A DNA stretch of 63,764 nt, counting the filler, from Octopus bimaculoides (taxonomy: Eukaryota): assembly GCF_001194135.2 (NCBI RefSeq). It is 5 parts of 4 records of this genome, joined end to end, with 100 filler letters (N's around TTAATTAATTAA, not from the genome) between each part and the next. Parts side by side here need not be neighbours in the genome. Positions count along the whole stretch, not along the records: positions 37,150 to 57,533 come from NC_068983.1; positions 57,634 to 61,373 come from NC_068982.1; 3 more parts are not named here. The stretch is one strand, 5' to 3'. Below are positions 47,956 to 61,473 of this stretch, piece by piece. How positions within the stretch are numbered: the first letter of the stretch is position 1; every line of letters begins with the position of its first letter. The notes beneath the pieces are model-generated. The model was not told where the DNA came from. It did no database searches and saw nothing but the letters and a program-made list of their open reading frames with translations. Position numbers and translations under genes: made by a program.

Positions 47956-50712
47956 GTTTAATAGCATACTTGTTTAAACGTTAACCAAACGACCAGAATG
48001 ACGAATCTTTTACAACCAGTGGGAAACATGTAGCTCTATTAGTGATGTTTTACGTTACTTATTTGCAGTGTTTTTGCCCCATCCTGTTATAAAATATCTG
48101 TTTTTCACCCTATGCTTCCCAAATATATTTGAATAAAAGTGTGTGTCCTGAGAAGTATTAGACATTATTGACAAGAATGAGGTACATGAGATCAAATTTC
48201 GAGGACTGTAGTGTAATGAATTGAATTCATTACTTGACTTTCACCTATCTCATCGCCCCTAGTGGGATGTCAAGTAAAGTGGATTCTGATGGGTTTTAAA
48301 TCCACAGGATTAAGAATCGTATGTCAATGACGTAAGCTACATAAATATGTTGTCTTGTCGTGTCTACTAAATCATAATCTCATTTTCTTTTGAGACATTA
48401 AAATAAATACAATGCTTTCTTACAATGACATGTGGCCAGAAATTCATAGGAAAGTTGATTTAATCGATCCCAGGACGGCGATTGTAGAAAGATGAAAGGT
48501 AAAGTAAACTCATTAGTACAAAGTAAACTCATTAGTACAATGCCTTAATTAAAACTGTAAGTTATTTAGGCCAACGCACTACAGTTTCCACTACTTCATT
48601 GTCTGCTGCTTTGTTTTCTTTATGTTTTATTATCTGTCTGGGTGTCTTTGTGTGTGTGTGTGTGTTTTAATCTTGTTTTGCTTCCACTATACTTTGTTTG
48701 ATACGAGTTTCCCTCAAATTATTATCAAAATAATTAGTTTCAAATTTAATTAAACCAAATCCAGTATACCATCCGATCATTCACAACTGAAAGACTTAAA
48801 ATGAACCATGGGTAATAGTACTGACAATCTATCACTCTTATCCCTTTCTTCCTTTCTTTCATTTTTGCTATTTCATTGTGAGTGCCATGTAGAAATAAGC
48901 TCAAAATGAGTCGAGTGCTCAACTCCACTCCCTATTATTTAACTACCCTTCACCTATATCCAGAATGCTCTTCAAAGTAGCTTGTAAATCACATCTCCAT
49001 TTCTTCTGCATCTGGATTCAATAAAGATTATCGCAAATTAGCGGATAACGAAGATTATAAAGAAGAGAACAAATGATCGAAATTTCAGTTTTTGACATAA
49101 AAGGAGGTTAACAGAGAGACTAAATGTTTGTGACATAAAAGGGAGTTTACTGATAGACTAAAAGTCGAAGAAAGAGCAAATGAAACTGGCGCGGATTCTC
49201 CAAATCTAATCCATTAGTGGCACGGTGAAGATCTGTAAGATATTCCAAACATTTTCCATCTAAGATTCATTCAATGAATAGATGCTCAAACTTGCGTGTG
49301 CACATCGACTGCTCACCCAACACAACAACTTAAGCACATATTTACAAACAGCTGGAACTCTGTTAACTCAAAGACTCTTGTCGCTGTGTTAGCGACCGGC
49401 TTGCTCTCTCAAGAAGAACTTAAATAAAACTCAAAGATATATACATGCATACATAAGGACTGACTCATTTTGTCCGATGATGGACGTCTCACATTAGATA
49501 GAGATAGATCGTACGTTATTGGATTTAAGTAACAAATGTATGTTCAGCACTTCTGCCATTCTCTCGGTCGTCATAGTAGGTTTCAGTGACAACCATTGCA
49601 AGATGACTGATATTATTTTGACTCTAGTTTTATGTCAGCGTATCTTTCTCCTAAAAGAACTGCCTTCATTGTAGCTTTGGTAAAAATAACAGCAGCATCC
49701 TCTACTCCTGGGAAATCTATTTAACCCATAAAGGGAACTTTCACAGGTACTACCGTTCCAGATCAGAACGGACCTGGGACTAATAGTAATGAAGGGGTGA
49801 CCCTTACGCTCCCCTAAATTCCAGAACTCCCGACCAGATGCAGTTCAGTGTCATATCCAGGATGTACATACACGCATACATACAACATATATACATGTAT
49901 ACATACATACATTGTTACTCTTTTGATGCAAGTTAAACGAAAGAAATGTACTGCTAGTTTATATATAACATGTAGATATATAATCTAATATTGTTAAATA
50001 CAAAATGAAAATGAAGCAAAGCAAGCCGATATGTAAATATTTGATAGCAATGAAAAATACTAAAAGTATATTTACCGCCGTTAAAACAATGAAATATTTA
50101 CTGTTGTTAAAGCAACGAAATATTAACTCTTAGTAGAACGCTAACGAAATACGCTACTGTTGAAAATGTAAAATTTAAAACTGACAACTATAAGATGAAA
50201 TATTTCAGAGCAGCTGTTAATAGAACGTCCATTTAATATTGAAAAACAATGATGATTAATTGAAGCATCTCAATTGAAAAAAAAATCAATGAAACATACG
50301 CTGTAACAGTAATAGCAAATTTTATAACCGAAAAGGTTGTAACAAAGCGTTGTTAGCAACCGGAATGGGTTTTTAAAAATATCAGTAGTAGTAAAGAAGC
50401 AGGAAGGAAACACACACAACGATAAATGTATAAGAAAAAAGCAATGAAAATTTTTTAATGGCTAATATCAGATAGAAATAACATATTAAGCTGTAGTGAT
50501 GGTCCAACTTGTAATGTTTTGCCAAGTACAAATTCAAATGAGAGGTTACTTGTGCTCACGCATGCGCATAACTGTAGTCCGGTCATAAACACTTCACTTC
50601 GGCCGTGGACAGTATAAAGGAGGTTACTGTATATCATTGCGTATGCCGTAACTAAAGATACATAAATATACGTATACACAACCGCGCACACATACAAACA
50701 TTTACACGCACT

Positions 50713-50791
<79 letters not shown>

Positions 50792-50859
50792 TCACGCACA
50801 CATACATACACATACAAGAGCAGCAATTTTGAACGGAGATAGGTGATTAGACGATACCA

Positions 50860-51020
50860 TCGACTCATTTACCTAGCTGGTATTTAGCTTTATGGCTCCT
50901 GGAAGGGGTGAATGGTAATGTGGAACTCGGCGTGATTTCAATAGAGAATGTAAAGTGCCTGAACAAACGCTTTAAGACATTTTGTCCGACACCCTATGAA
51001 TACCGCTGACTCACGCCCCC
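50860..51020 (-). mobile_element. SINE family A, highly degenerate
   Basis: Reverse complement gggcgtgagtcagcggtattc...gccgagttccacattaccattcacccc...accagctagg; weak alignment by eye. Confidence 0.5.
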
Positions 51021-51030
51021 AAGGCGGGTG

Positions 51031-51813
51031 TACGAGGAGGTATCCAAAAGTAACCGGAAACGTTCTCTGTAAGGCAAGCCTGTTGTAGTTCAGTCTTCCA
51101 CCGCTAGAGGCCACTCGATGCGATCCTCAAGTATTAGTCTGCCGACCGGCGACTTCTGCTAGGGGGTCATATTATCACGTGGTGCGTCGTTATTTTGCAG
51201 TGATTTACCCCATTTCTTCAATTTTTGCGATGGCTGAAACAAAGGAACAGCATACTTGCTAGAAATTCCGTTTCCGCTAGGGAAAACGGCGGCCGAAACA
51301 GTTGTTATGCTTTAAACAGCTTACAAAGACGCTGCCGTGAGCAAAACACACTTCATGAACTGATCTTGGAGGACAGTCACCGAACAGCTGACGAACTTGT
51401 TGATATAACTGGTGTGTACTGGAGCTCCTACCAACGGATCTTGGGCGAGGAATTGCGAATGAAAAGAGTTGCAGCAAAATTTGTGCCTCGCTTGCTCTCG
51501 GAAGATCAAAAGCAGTCGCGACTGAATGCGTGTCGTGAACGGAAAGAACAGGTGGACATTAATCTTCGAAGATTATTACTGGCGAAGGAAGATGGTGTTA
51601 CGGAATTTGCATATGTGGAAGAGATGAAGAAAAAATGACAGAAGTGTTAAAAGGTATCACTGAGCAAGAGTTCCAGGACTGCTTCGAACAGTAGAAAACG
51701 CGTCTGGACCGATGCCTTGCTTCAAATGGAGAATACTTTGAAGGCGATAAAAATGTAAAACTAAATAAAATAATATTGCAAAATTCCGATTTCTTTTAGG
51801 GGGACCTCTCGTA
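51031..51813 (+). mobile_element. Non-autonomous mariner derivative with TIRs and TA ends
   Basis: TAcgaggaggtatccaaaagtaaccggaa ... ttccgatttcttttagggggacctctcgTA; HELILEDSHRTADELVDITGVYWSSYQRILGEELRMKRVAAKFVPRLLSEDQK (WVPHEL-equivalent FVPRLL); DD34D core deleted; C-terminal RLDRCLASNGEYFEGD. Confidence 0.93.
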
Positions 51814-51873
51814 TAATGCATATATTAACACAAATGATTTTCAGTCGTTCTTAGACATACACTCACCCACGCG

Positions 51874-51916
<43 letters not shown>

Positions 51917-52499
51917 GCAGCAAACAAGAGGGCTATAAATTTCATTACTGAAGTTGTAGATCCTGATAAAGAGGTCTGGTCAGTGGTTTGCTGCTAATGG
52001 GAGAGGGGTCTGACGTTGAAAGACCAGAAATTTCTTGAGATCCCAGAATCATCACTGACGATCCCAAAGCATCCACGAGATTCAACTTAAAAACTAAGCT
52101 ATATTTCAATAAATGTATTTTTATGGCTTAGTTAGAAGGGGGAAAGTTGCGCCATGACCCATTTCAGGACCTCCAAGGTGGAGGCGGGCCTATATAGGGA
52201 GACACACACACGGGTTGATGCGGTAGGAAGTAACAAGATTATAGAGATATTCATAGACGTATGTCAAGTGTGGCATAAAATGAAGTGTGTAAAAGTAAAA
52301 GGAAGTGAACTATAGGAAGAAAGACAGAGACGGGGGTATCAACTGGAGCGTGAAGTATTGTAAAGGTCATGTGCTAACATACAGAACAACAACATCAACA
52401 ACAACAGCAGCGATAATAACAACAAAAACAACAGCTGCCATACTTATCAAATGGCACCAACATGAACAGTAAACAATAATGATAATCCACTTTGATGTT

Positions 52500-53306
52500 G
52501 TCAACGAGGAGGGGGGAGGTGAAGAGGAAAGGAAGAAGAGGGGAGGAGGAAGAGGGAGAGGAGACGGACGAGAAGGTGGAGGAGGACAGCAACGACGTCG
52601 ATGACGAAGACAATGATAATGACGACCACCATCACGACCAGTACACTCACGACCGTGACGGCGATGACGGCGGCTACAGCAATGATGATGATGATGATGA
52701 TGACTTCGACGACAACGACGGCGATGATGGTGATAATGATGATGATGATGATGATGACGACGATGACGATGATTTGATCACTATCACCACCACCACTACT
52801 ACCATTACGACTCCTCCCACCATGATCACAACGGCAGCCATGTTGATGGTGATGATTATGATGCGGAATGATGACGTTGATGACAGTGCTGATTATGGTG
52901 CTATTGTTGTTGTTGTTATTGTTACTCAATCAAGGCTGACGAAGCCAACAAGAGAAATAGCAGCCAAATTTCCCCCTCTTTATACACCCCATCATCTTAA
53001 AAGAAGAAGAAAGGACAAACAGGATAGTGTAATCCTACTTACATAATGCTTGAAAAGATAAAAAAGAACTGGATAATAATGGCTGAAATAACTTTGATCA
53101 TAAATCATTGATCTGATTGATCAAGGTTGGGTTGCTCTTCTAAAACGACGTGGTATGATTTGAGGAAGATTTTTGGGGTTCACTGATTTGGTTCGATGGG
53201 ATCCCTTGTTAGTTCGACGATAGCGGTAGACGACGACAAAGACAAAGACAAAAAACGAAGACCACAAGAAAGATGACACCGACGACGACGACGACGATGA
53301 TGATGG

Positions 53307-53364
<58 letters not shown>

Positions 53365-53563
53365 NNNNNNNNNNNNNNNNNNNNNNNNNNNNNNNNNNNN
53401 NNNNNNNNNNNNNNNNNNNNNNNNNNNNNNNNNNNNNNNNNNNNNNNNNNNNNNNNNNNNNNNNNNNNNNNNNNNNNNNNNNNNNNNNNNNNNNNNNNNN
53501 NNNNNNNNNNNNNNNNNNNNNNNNNNNNNNNNNNNNNNNNNNNNNNNNNNNNNNNNNNNNNNN

Positions 53564-53661
<98 letters not shown>

Positions 53662-53800
53662 AATGATGACGACGCCACCGCGCCGCCAAAGACGACGACG
53701 ACAACGATGAAGATGATGGTGGTGATGGCGGCGGTGAAGATAGCGATGATGATGGCGATGATGATGATGATGATGACGATGGCGACAACGACGAGGACAA
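52500..53800. repeat. (GAT)n/(GAC)n trinucleotide arrays and low-complexity tract
   Basis: Read directly; source of the poly-D/H/S/M ORFs. Confidence 0.92.
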
Positions 53801-54242
53801 TAGTGGCAGAGATTGAGCTGAAGTGACGCAGTTTCTTTTAAGCTTCATGATTAACCCGTGATTAACTTGAGCTAAATCCCTCATTCAAGTTACAATTGGT
53901 TTATCTCAAACCTACTGCTGGACCAGCAACAGATTAATTAAACTATATAATCCACACTAATTCAATCCTTCTAACTGATTACCATCCTACCCACCAATAC
54001 CACTACCAATACCACGAAACTCACCATCACCACCAATTCCACGATAATCAATATTAACCAATACCACCATCAGTAGCAGCAGCACTACCACCACCACTAC
54101 CACCATCAGAAACATCGCCACCATCATCAGCACCAATACTATCACCCTTACCGCCGTCGTTGTAAATGCACCTTCAACTATAATCACGACCATCAAAAGC
54201 TACGTTCGTTCTCATCGGTGCTACACCAACACAAGGATCATT

Positions 54243-54578
54243 AAAGTAAAAGTAAAGACCCCCTTCGGTCATGAATGACCATGTGATTGCACCGAGAAAG
54301 TTACCCTCCGAGGCATAAGTCCGTGCAACGTTGTTGAAGGAAGACCAGCAGTCGCTCAATCATACCAGCCTCCCCTCTCCACGTCACTGATACCCAAGGG
54401 AAAGGCAAAGGCCGATACCTATTGGCATCAATGACGTCACAGCTCATTTCTATCGCTGGAGCAACGTGAAATAATGCGTCTTGCTCAAGAACATAACATA
54501 CAGCCCAGACTAGGATTCGAATTCACTACCTCATGATTGTGAGCCCAACACTCTAACCACTGTGTCATGCGCCTTCAC
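54243..54578 (-). mobile_element. SINE family C (tRNA-derived head, about 335 bp, CTTTA-type tail)
   Basis: Reverse complement gtgaaggcgcatgacacagtggttagagtgttgggctcacaatcatgaggtagtgaattcgaatcct (A box, B box), then ttcttgagcaagac and a 3' end ggtcattcatgaccgaaggggtctttacttttacttt. Confidence 0.85.
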
Positions 54579-54606
54579 ACTAGGATCATTACAATTATAA
54601 GAATTA

Positions 54607-54832
54607 CTGGCAGAAACGCGCTGGCAGAATTGTTCGAGCACCGGGATAAAATACTAAGCGGCATTTCGTCCATCTTTAAATTCTGAGTTCAAATTCTGCT
54701 GAGGTCGACTTTTCCTTTCATCGCTTTCGGGGGTCGATAAAACAAGAACCAGTTGAGTACAAGGGTCGATGTGATCGACTTATCCTCCCGCCTTTGAAAT
54801 GTTTGGTATGGTACCAAACTTTGAAACCGTTT
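54607..54832 (+). mobile_element. SINE family A
   Basis: gcgctggcagaattgtt...ctgagttcaaattctgctgaggtcgacttttcctttcatc...gtaccaaactttgaaacc. Confidence 0.85.
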
Positions 54833-54859
54833 ATAAGAATTGCTAACGCTAAAACTACT

Positions 54860-55121
54860 ACCAACATTATTTTTCCTTTTACCTCACCAACACTCCTAAA
54901 GACCATGATCTGAAATACACAACCAGCTGACACAAAAAATACTACAACCAGAGCCATGAACCATGACATCAAACCAAAACCAAATCCACAACCATCACTA
55001 GATACACTATCACCACCACAACAACAACCGAATCTATTACAAGCTACCAACATCAATACAAACCAGCATCACTACCACCATCGACAAAAGTACCACTACT
55101 AACACCACCACCACCACCACC

Positions 55122-55153
<32 letters not shown>

Positions 55154-55640
55154 AACTACTACTACTTCTACCATCACCAACGCTACCAGTAGAATCACCA
55201 AGGGAACGGCAGCCCGTTATCTAAGCTAGACTTTAAAAGACGGGATGGTCAAAGCTGGAATGTCTTTGATTATACGTTTCCTAGATCCAGACTGACCTGG
55301 GGTTAAATAACAAAAGACAACAGCGCCCCACCATTATCAGCATAACCACTACAACTACCAAGAACTACAAGAACACCATATCACACACACTTCTAAATTC
55401 TACATTCTCCAACACCAGCCCCATCAACAATAACATCATTCTCACTCCCACCCCAAACACGACTACCCTCCTAAGACACCTCCAGCGCTAACATCACCAC
55501 TACCACCACTACTAACTACCATCACCACCACCATCACCGCCACCACCACCACAGCCACTGCCACCATTACTCTTAACTACCATTGTCACGCTCGAACACC
55601 ACTAACCGTTACCATCACCACAATCAGCACAGCCACCACC
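54860..55640. repeat. (CAC)n/(CTA)n low-complexity tract
   Basis: Read directly. Confidence 0.85.
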
Positions 55641-55897
55641 CGCTAATAAACTATGTTTATATAATCTTCGCCCAGACTTAGCCGCACAGTCCGCCAATCA
55701 TGGCCCCGATTTCAACACTTTGGGTGGTCCTCTATTGGTATATGTTGAAAGATCCGCACTGATTGCTTAAACAATGCTATTGCTGTTCATTTTTGGAAGG
55801 TTGTTACTATTTGGTTTCTTAATTGCTAACTGCCAACATTAGAGGTGATTTTATGTTTAAGTATCAACATAGATGTGAGAGAGAGAGAGAGAGAGAG

Positions 55898-55943
<46 letters not shown>

Positions 55944-57533
55944 CGCGTGCGAGCGCGTGTGTGAGAGTGTGTGTGCATGTACAACATCTATATATCTATA
56001 ATATAATAATATATATACATGCATGGATATTTTTATATATATATTTTCATATATATATATATATGTATACATAGATTTTATATATATATTTATATATANN
56101 NNNNNNNNNNNNNNNNNNNNNNNNNNNNNNNNNNNNNNNNNNNNNNNNNNNNNNNNNNNNNNNNNNNNNNNNNNNNNNNNNNNNNNNNNNNNNNNNNNNN
56201 NNNNNNNNNNNNNNNNNNNNNNNNNNNNNNNNNNNNNNNNNNNNNNNNNNNNNNNNNNNNNNNNNNNNNNNNNNNNNNNNNNNNNNNNNNNNNNNNNNNN
56301 NNNNNNNNNNNNNNNNNNNNNNNNNNNNNNNNNNNNNNNNNNNNNNNNNNNNNNNNNNNNNNNNNNNNNNNNNNNNNNNNNNNNNNNNNNNNNNNNNNNN
56401 NNNNNNNNNNNNNNNNNNNNNNNNNNNNNNNNNNNNNNNNNNNNNNNNNNNNNNNNNNNNNNNNNNNNNNNNNNNNNNNNNNNNNNNNNNNNNNNNNNNN
56501 NNNNNNNNNNNNNNNNNNNNNNNNNNNNNNNNNNNNNNNNNNNNNNNNNNNNNNNNNNNNNNNNNNNNNNNNNNNNNNNNNNNNNNNNNNNNNNNNNNNN
56601 NNNNNNNNNNNNNNNNNNNNNNNNNNNNNNNNNNNNNNNNNNNNNNNNNNNNNNNNNNNNNNNNNNNNNNNNNNNNNNNNNNNNNNNNNNNNNNNNNNNN
56701 NNNNNNNNNNNNNNNNNNNNNNNNNNNNNNNNNNNNNNNNNNNNNNNNNNNNNNNNNNNNNNNNNNNNNNNNNNNNNNNNNNNNNNNNNNNNNNNNNNNN
56801 NNNNNNNNNNNNNNNNNNNNNNNNNNNNNNNNNNNNNNNNNNNNNNNNNNNNNNNNNNNNNNNNNNNNNNNNNNNNNNNNNNNNNNNNNNNNNNNNNNNN
56901 NNNNNNNNNNNNNNNNNNNNNNNNNNNNNNNNNNNNNNNNNNNNNNNNNNNNNNNNNNNNNNNNNNNNNNNNNNNNNNNNNNNNNNNNNNNNNNNNNNNN
57001 NNNNNNNNNNNAGTGATTAGTAGAAATTATCGAAATAAGACAATTTTTTACATGAAATAAATTCGAATACAAAAATATTTTTCTGTTCTGTAACACAAAA
57101 TAGATAAGTATACGAAGTTTGAAAGTCTTTCCGTACCAAAAACACTACATAAAACATAAATGAAAACTTGCGCCCCCGTTTTAAAATAGATCCCAGTATA
57201 CTGCTGGGAGGGTACCAATTATTGCTACACTAGTGCTATACTAGGTGCAATCAATGGGAGCGGGTAAAAGTGGAGGTTTTACCCAAAATTTGTATAACAA
57301 TTAGAAAATGGAGGATAATATGCTGAACCCAACTACTTGCAGACGGTGTATCCCGTTGAATTCATTAATTTAATTCATAGCAAAAGTGACAAAAAAAGAA
57401 AGGAAAAGAAATAAAGAACCAAAGCACAGGTGTCCATGGCAGACTATGTTATTTTGCCAACCTGGTTTACATATAGAAGTACAAATTACATAAGGAATTA
57501 GAGGATGAACAGAAGTTTAATCTTACAGCTGTT

Positions 57534-57633
57534 NNNNNNNNNNNNNNNNNNNNNNNNNNNNNNNNNNNNNNNNNNNNTTAATTAATTAANNNNNNNNNNN
57601 NNNNNNNNNNNNNNNNNNNNNNNNNNNNNNNNN
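57534..57633. other. Assembly linker N44-TTAATTAATTAA-N44
   Basis: Identical 100-bp marker. Confidence 0.95.
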
Positions 57634-57679
<46 letters not shown>

Positions 57680-60000
57680 AAAACACAAAGGATTCCACCC
57701 CGGTCACGATCTGGCATACACAGGTGCTTACAATTATCAAGTTTTACCTCTAACATTTACTTTACCTATTTCACTACAGATATTGCTAACTTTGACAAAC
57801 AGGCGCAGGCTTTTTAATATGTTCACAAGGACGGACATGTGTGGAGTGTTTTACAAAATGATCGTACTGCTAAGGATGCAGTCGAGGGTCTTTTCTGTGA
57901 TATCAGAAGGAATTATTTCAAACAACTAAAGAGTCGTCTGTCTTCTTCAGGAACAGGAATACTTTAGACATGATTAGTCAATGACTCTCTGCATATCTTA
58001 AACCCGAACTATACAGCTAATTTATTTGGAATAGGGCAACTGCTATGCGGACGAACATCCTGGACTCGTTCAAAATAATCCCATTTCAATGACCGGCAAA
58101 TTATCACCAACGTATCACAGACACTGGTTCTCTATATCGCTTTTAATGCTATCTTTAATGTTTCATTTTGTTGCTGTTGCTTCTTCTGAACTAAACACTA
58201 CATACCTTTTCCTACTCCTCGTAGGTAGTCCGTCGTTCAGCTAGAAATAGTAGACAAATCTCTTTCAAACCGTAACCTACTGTTTCACTAAAGAAAACTG
58301 AACTGTGGCAAGTCTGAATGCTTTTTGCCCATAGCTCTGCATAATCAGAGCTTATCCTATGCTAAACAACATCGACAATCCATACTCACTCATTATACTC
58401 CTCTCTTCTAATATGAAGTAGAAATTGTAATTTAAAATCGGTTATTTGCTCTGAAAGCTGTAATACATCCTCCTCATACATTAGAAAGTAATTTTAGGAG
58501 AAAAACGGCTTTAAAAAAGTTGCCTTTCGAATTTATATATATATGTATATATATGTATATATATATATATATATATATAAGAAAGGAAATTTCAGATATT
58601 GCCAGATAATCATGGGTCAGTATCTCAGGTATGATTAAAGAGACAAAATTTTTGCATATAGAAAATAGGTGATAAGTTAGTTTTGAATTGTTCTTTATAA
58701 TAAAATGTTTTTAAAAGGTTTTTAAATACAAGAATTATACTTTTAAATTTCTTCTGCTTGGNNNNNNNNNNNNNNNNNNNNNNNNNNNNNNNNNNNNNNN
58801 NNNNNNNNNNNNNNNNNNNNNNNNNNNNNNNNNNNNNNNNNNNNNNNNNNNNNNNNNNNNNNNNNNNNNNNNNNNNNNNNNNNNNNNNNNNNNNNNNNNN
58901 NNNNNNNNNNNNNNNNNNNNNNNNNNNNNNNNNNNNNNNNNNNNNNNNNNNNNNNNNNNNNNNNNNNNNNNNNNNNNNNNNNNNNNNNNNNNNNNNNNNN
59001 NNNNNNNNNNNNNNNNNNNNNNNNNNNNNNNNNNNNNNATATATATACACACATTCATATGTGTGTGTGTATGTGTGTGTATGTGTGTGTACTTATAAGA
59101 AGATATTTGTAAAAAACGTTGAAGAAGAATGTGAATTGACAAAGTCCAGCAGAAAAAGAGAAAAAAGAAACGTAAGAAGGAAACGAAAATTAAAAAATAA
59201 AACAGCAATGCAACAATCCACTACGACTACGATAGGCGTCTATAGCAACAAACAATCACCTAATTTTGATCTATATTTTTTATTTGCTTTTAAATACAAA
59301 ATGGCATATTTATCACATTTAGCTTTTTCCTCTTGACTACATTGTGTTGAAACCTTTAAAGAAATTCGTTAATTAGCTGTCGGTTTATATCAATCATTGT
59401 CTCCTCCTTTCTTTCTTTCAATGGATAACCTTTTCTTTAAAATGGATATTTTTTGTATTTCTCTTCTCTTTTTCTCTGAACTAAACTTTTTATAATATTC
59501 TTTTTCGTCTTCTTTTGTTGTTGATGTTTCTAGATCAGCTTTTAATCTTTTCTTTCTGTGGTTACCTGGGTTCCTAACGAGAAAACAAAAGATTGCTGAG
59601 AAAAGAGATGAGACAAACGTATTTATATGTCTTATACCAAAAAATATAATTACCAATTCATCATATCTTATACAATGAATACACCTTCACACGGTCATCT
59701 AACCTCCTAGAAATAGTAACTTAACATCTCTCAAATGATACTCTACTACTTTAAAATATATAACATAGTGAATAATTTGGCTCTTTTGCATGAAAAGAAC
59801 AAGTTAATCACTGCTAGAACGCATGTCATCATTGGTTCTTTAAATCAGGCATTATCCTACGACTAGAGATCAAAAGCAAAACAAAAAAACACAAATATTC
59901 GTAGAAAGATAGGTACATATATTGATACATTGTATGAAGGGAAGCTTTTATGGTACATAGGCATCAAAAAAAGAACAAAAGTATATAGTCATATCCACTC

Positions 60001-60044
<44 letters not shown>

Positions 60045-60624
60045 TGCATACACACACACACATAAATGTAAGATCCAGGGATCGGAGTGTAGGAAGAAAG
60101 TTAGCTTCAAGCAATCCGTAGTGAATATAGAAAAACAACTTTCAGGGACAAAAGTGCTTTATTGAGATAGAAGGTTGTGGAATTTTTCGTATCGAAGAAC
60201 GATAAGCTGAAAAAAGTTCTTTTTATATTCCGTGGTAGACGACCAGGGTTGCCAGGTGTGCGAATAAGAATACAAGAGTTACGGAATGGAGCAGGAAAGA
60301 TCCGGGCTACATATGTTTCATAGCGAGCGGAACCTCAGAAGTGGCAAAATCCAAGTGAGGTTTATACTGCCGGCTACTTTTCAGGCCAAGGATATCTTGA
60401 TTAGATTAAAGGTTACATTGTCGCTCAGAAATATATGTTGACGCAAGGGAGATTTAGTCATAAATGCACCCACCATATACACGCAGACACACAGACATAC
60501 AGCCACTCAGACATACGTGGAGGTAACGTTCGAGAATTTAGAGGAGTTCATATGCCGTGGAGAGAAGAGGAATTAGGCGTTTCGGGACTAATACTTCGTC
60601 TGAGTGAAATAATTGGAAAAATTT

Positions 60625-60668
<44 letters not shown>

Positions 60669-61373
60669 TCCCGCTCTCTCTGATGACATATCAATCCAGG
60701 AAGCATTAGATTCCTCTTACCCAAATGGCATACACTCTTCTCGAATGTTGCTGACACAGGCAACAACTAGTGTTCTCGGATTCTGTGTGTTACAAACACA
60801 GATTCAGATATAGATGCATAAAAAAACTTGCTACTTCGTATTGGATAAATGGTAGTTATTCCGCAAAAAGATTTCTTTCTCAATAATATCGAACCACTCA
60901 GTGGTTTCATTGTGACAATATTCTGGTTTCTAATCTTCAACCTAATCCCATCAAATAAGGGATTACCAGAGTCGTTAGGGCGTCGACCAGATTACCGTGC
61001 GATATTCTGATTCCCTGGCTTCTATATTAAATTCCAGCTAAGGTCATCTGCTCAATTTCAATAAATGAAGTATCAGTCCAATATAAAGGATTAAATATAT
61101 AAAGGCCTTTATATATTTAACACTTTATATTGAACACTCAATATTTCATCTATTCAATAAGACATATTCCATATATTCAATAAGACATTCAATACTTTAT
61201 TTCATAGTACCATCCATTTTTATTTTATATTATATATTGTATATCATATTATATATTGTATATTCCATATTCTATATCCCACATTGGTTTTGCAGGAATA
61301 TAAATAAAACATAAAAAACAGACAGTGTTGGAACTCTTTTAAACAAAATAATATATATATATATATATATATA

Positions 61374-61473
61374 NNNNNNNNNNNNNNNNNNNNNNNNNNN
61401 NNNNNNNNNNNNNNNNNTTAATTAATTAANNNNNNNNNNNNNNNNNNNNNNNNNNNNNNNNNNNNNNNNNNNN
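61374..61473. other. Assembly linker N44-TTAATTAATTAA-N44
   Basis: Identical 100-bp marker. Confidence 0.95.

Noticed and set aside
50480-50640. FVLGKTLQVGPS resembling SLC22 ELVGPS, plus an NRF1-like GCATGCGCAT
   Set aside because: Wrong position relative to the exon at 26 kb, no splice sites, isolated motifs.
53043-53082. 40-nt candidate minus exon (AIIIQFFFIFSSI) with gtaagt donor
   Set aside because: Phase would fit, but the joined peptide lacks the SLC22 P.HRC context and the sequence is simply T-rich.
57900-57950. Minus-strand CTGAAGA...GAAA; likewise CTGAAGA hairpins at about 925 and 5659
   Set aside because: No stem I/III closure or no GAAA; chance partial hammerhead matches.
59390-59656. 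88-aa minus ORF with a hydrophobic start and charged tail
   Set aside because: No PET-type transporter motif; A-rich composition explains the open frame.
60243-60256. CAGGGTTGCCA, an hAT-like terminal sequence
   Set aside because: No matching opposite terminus found.
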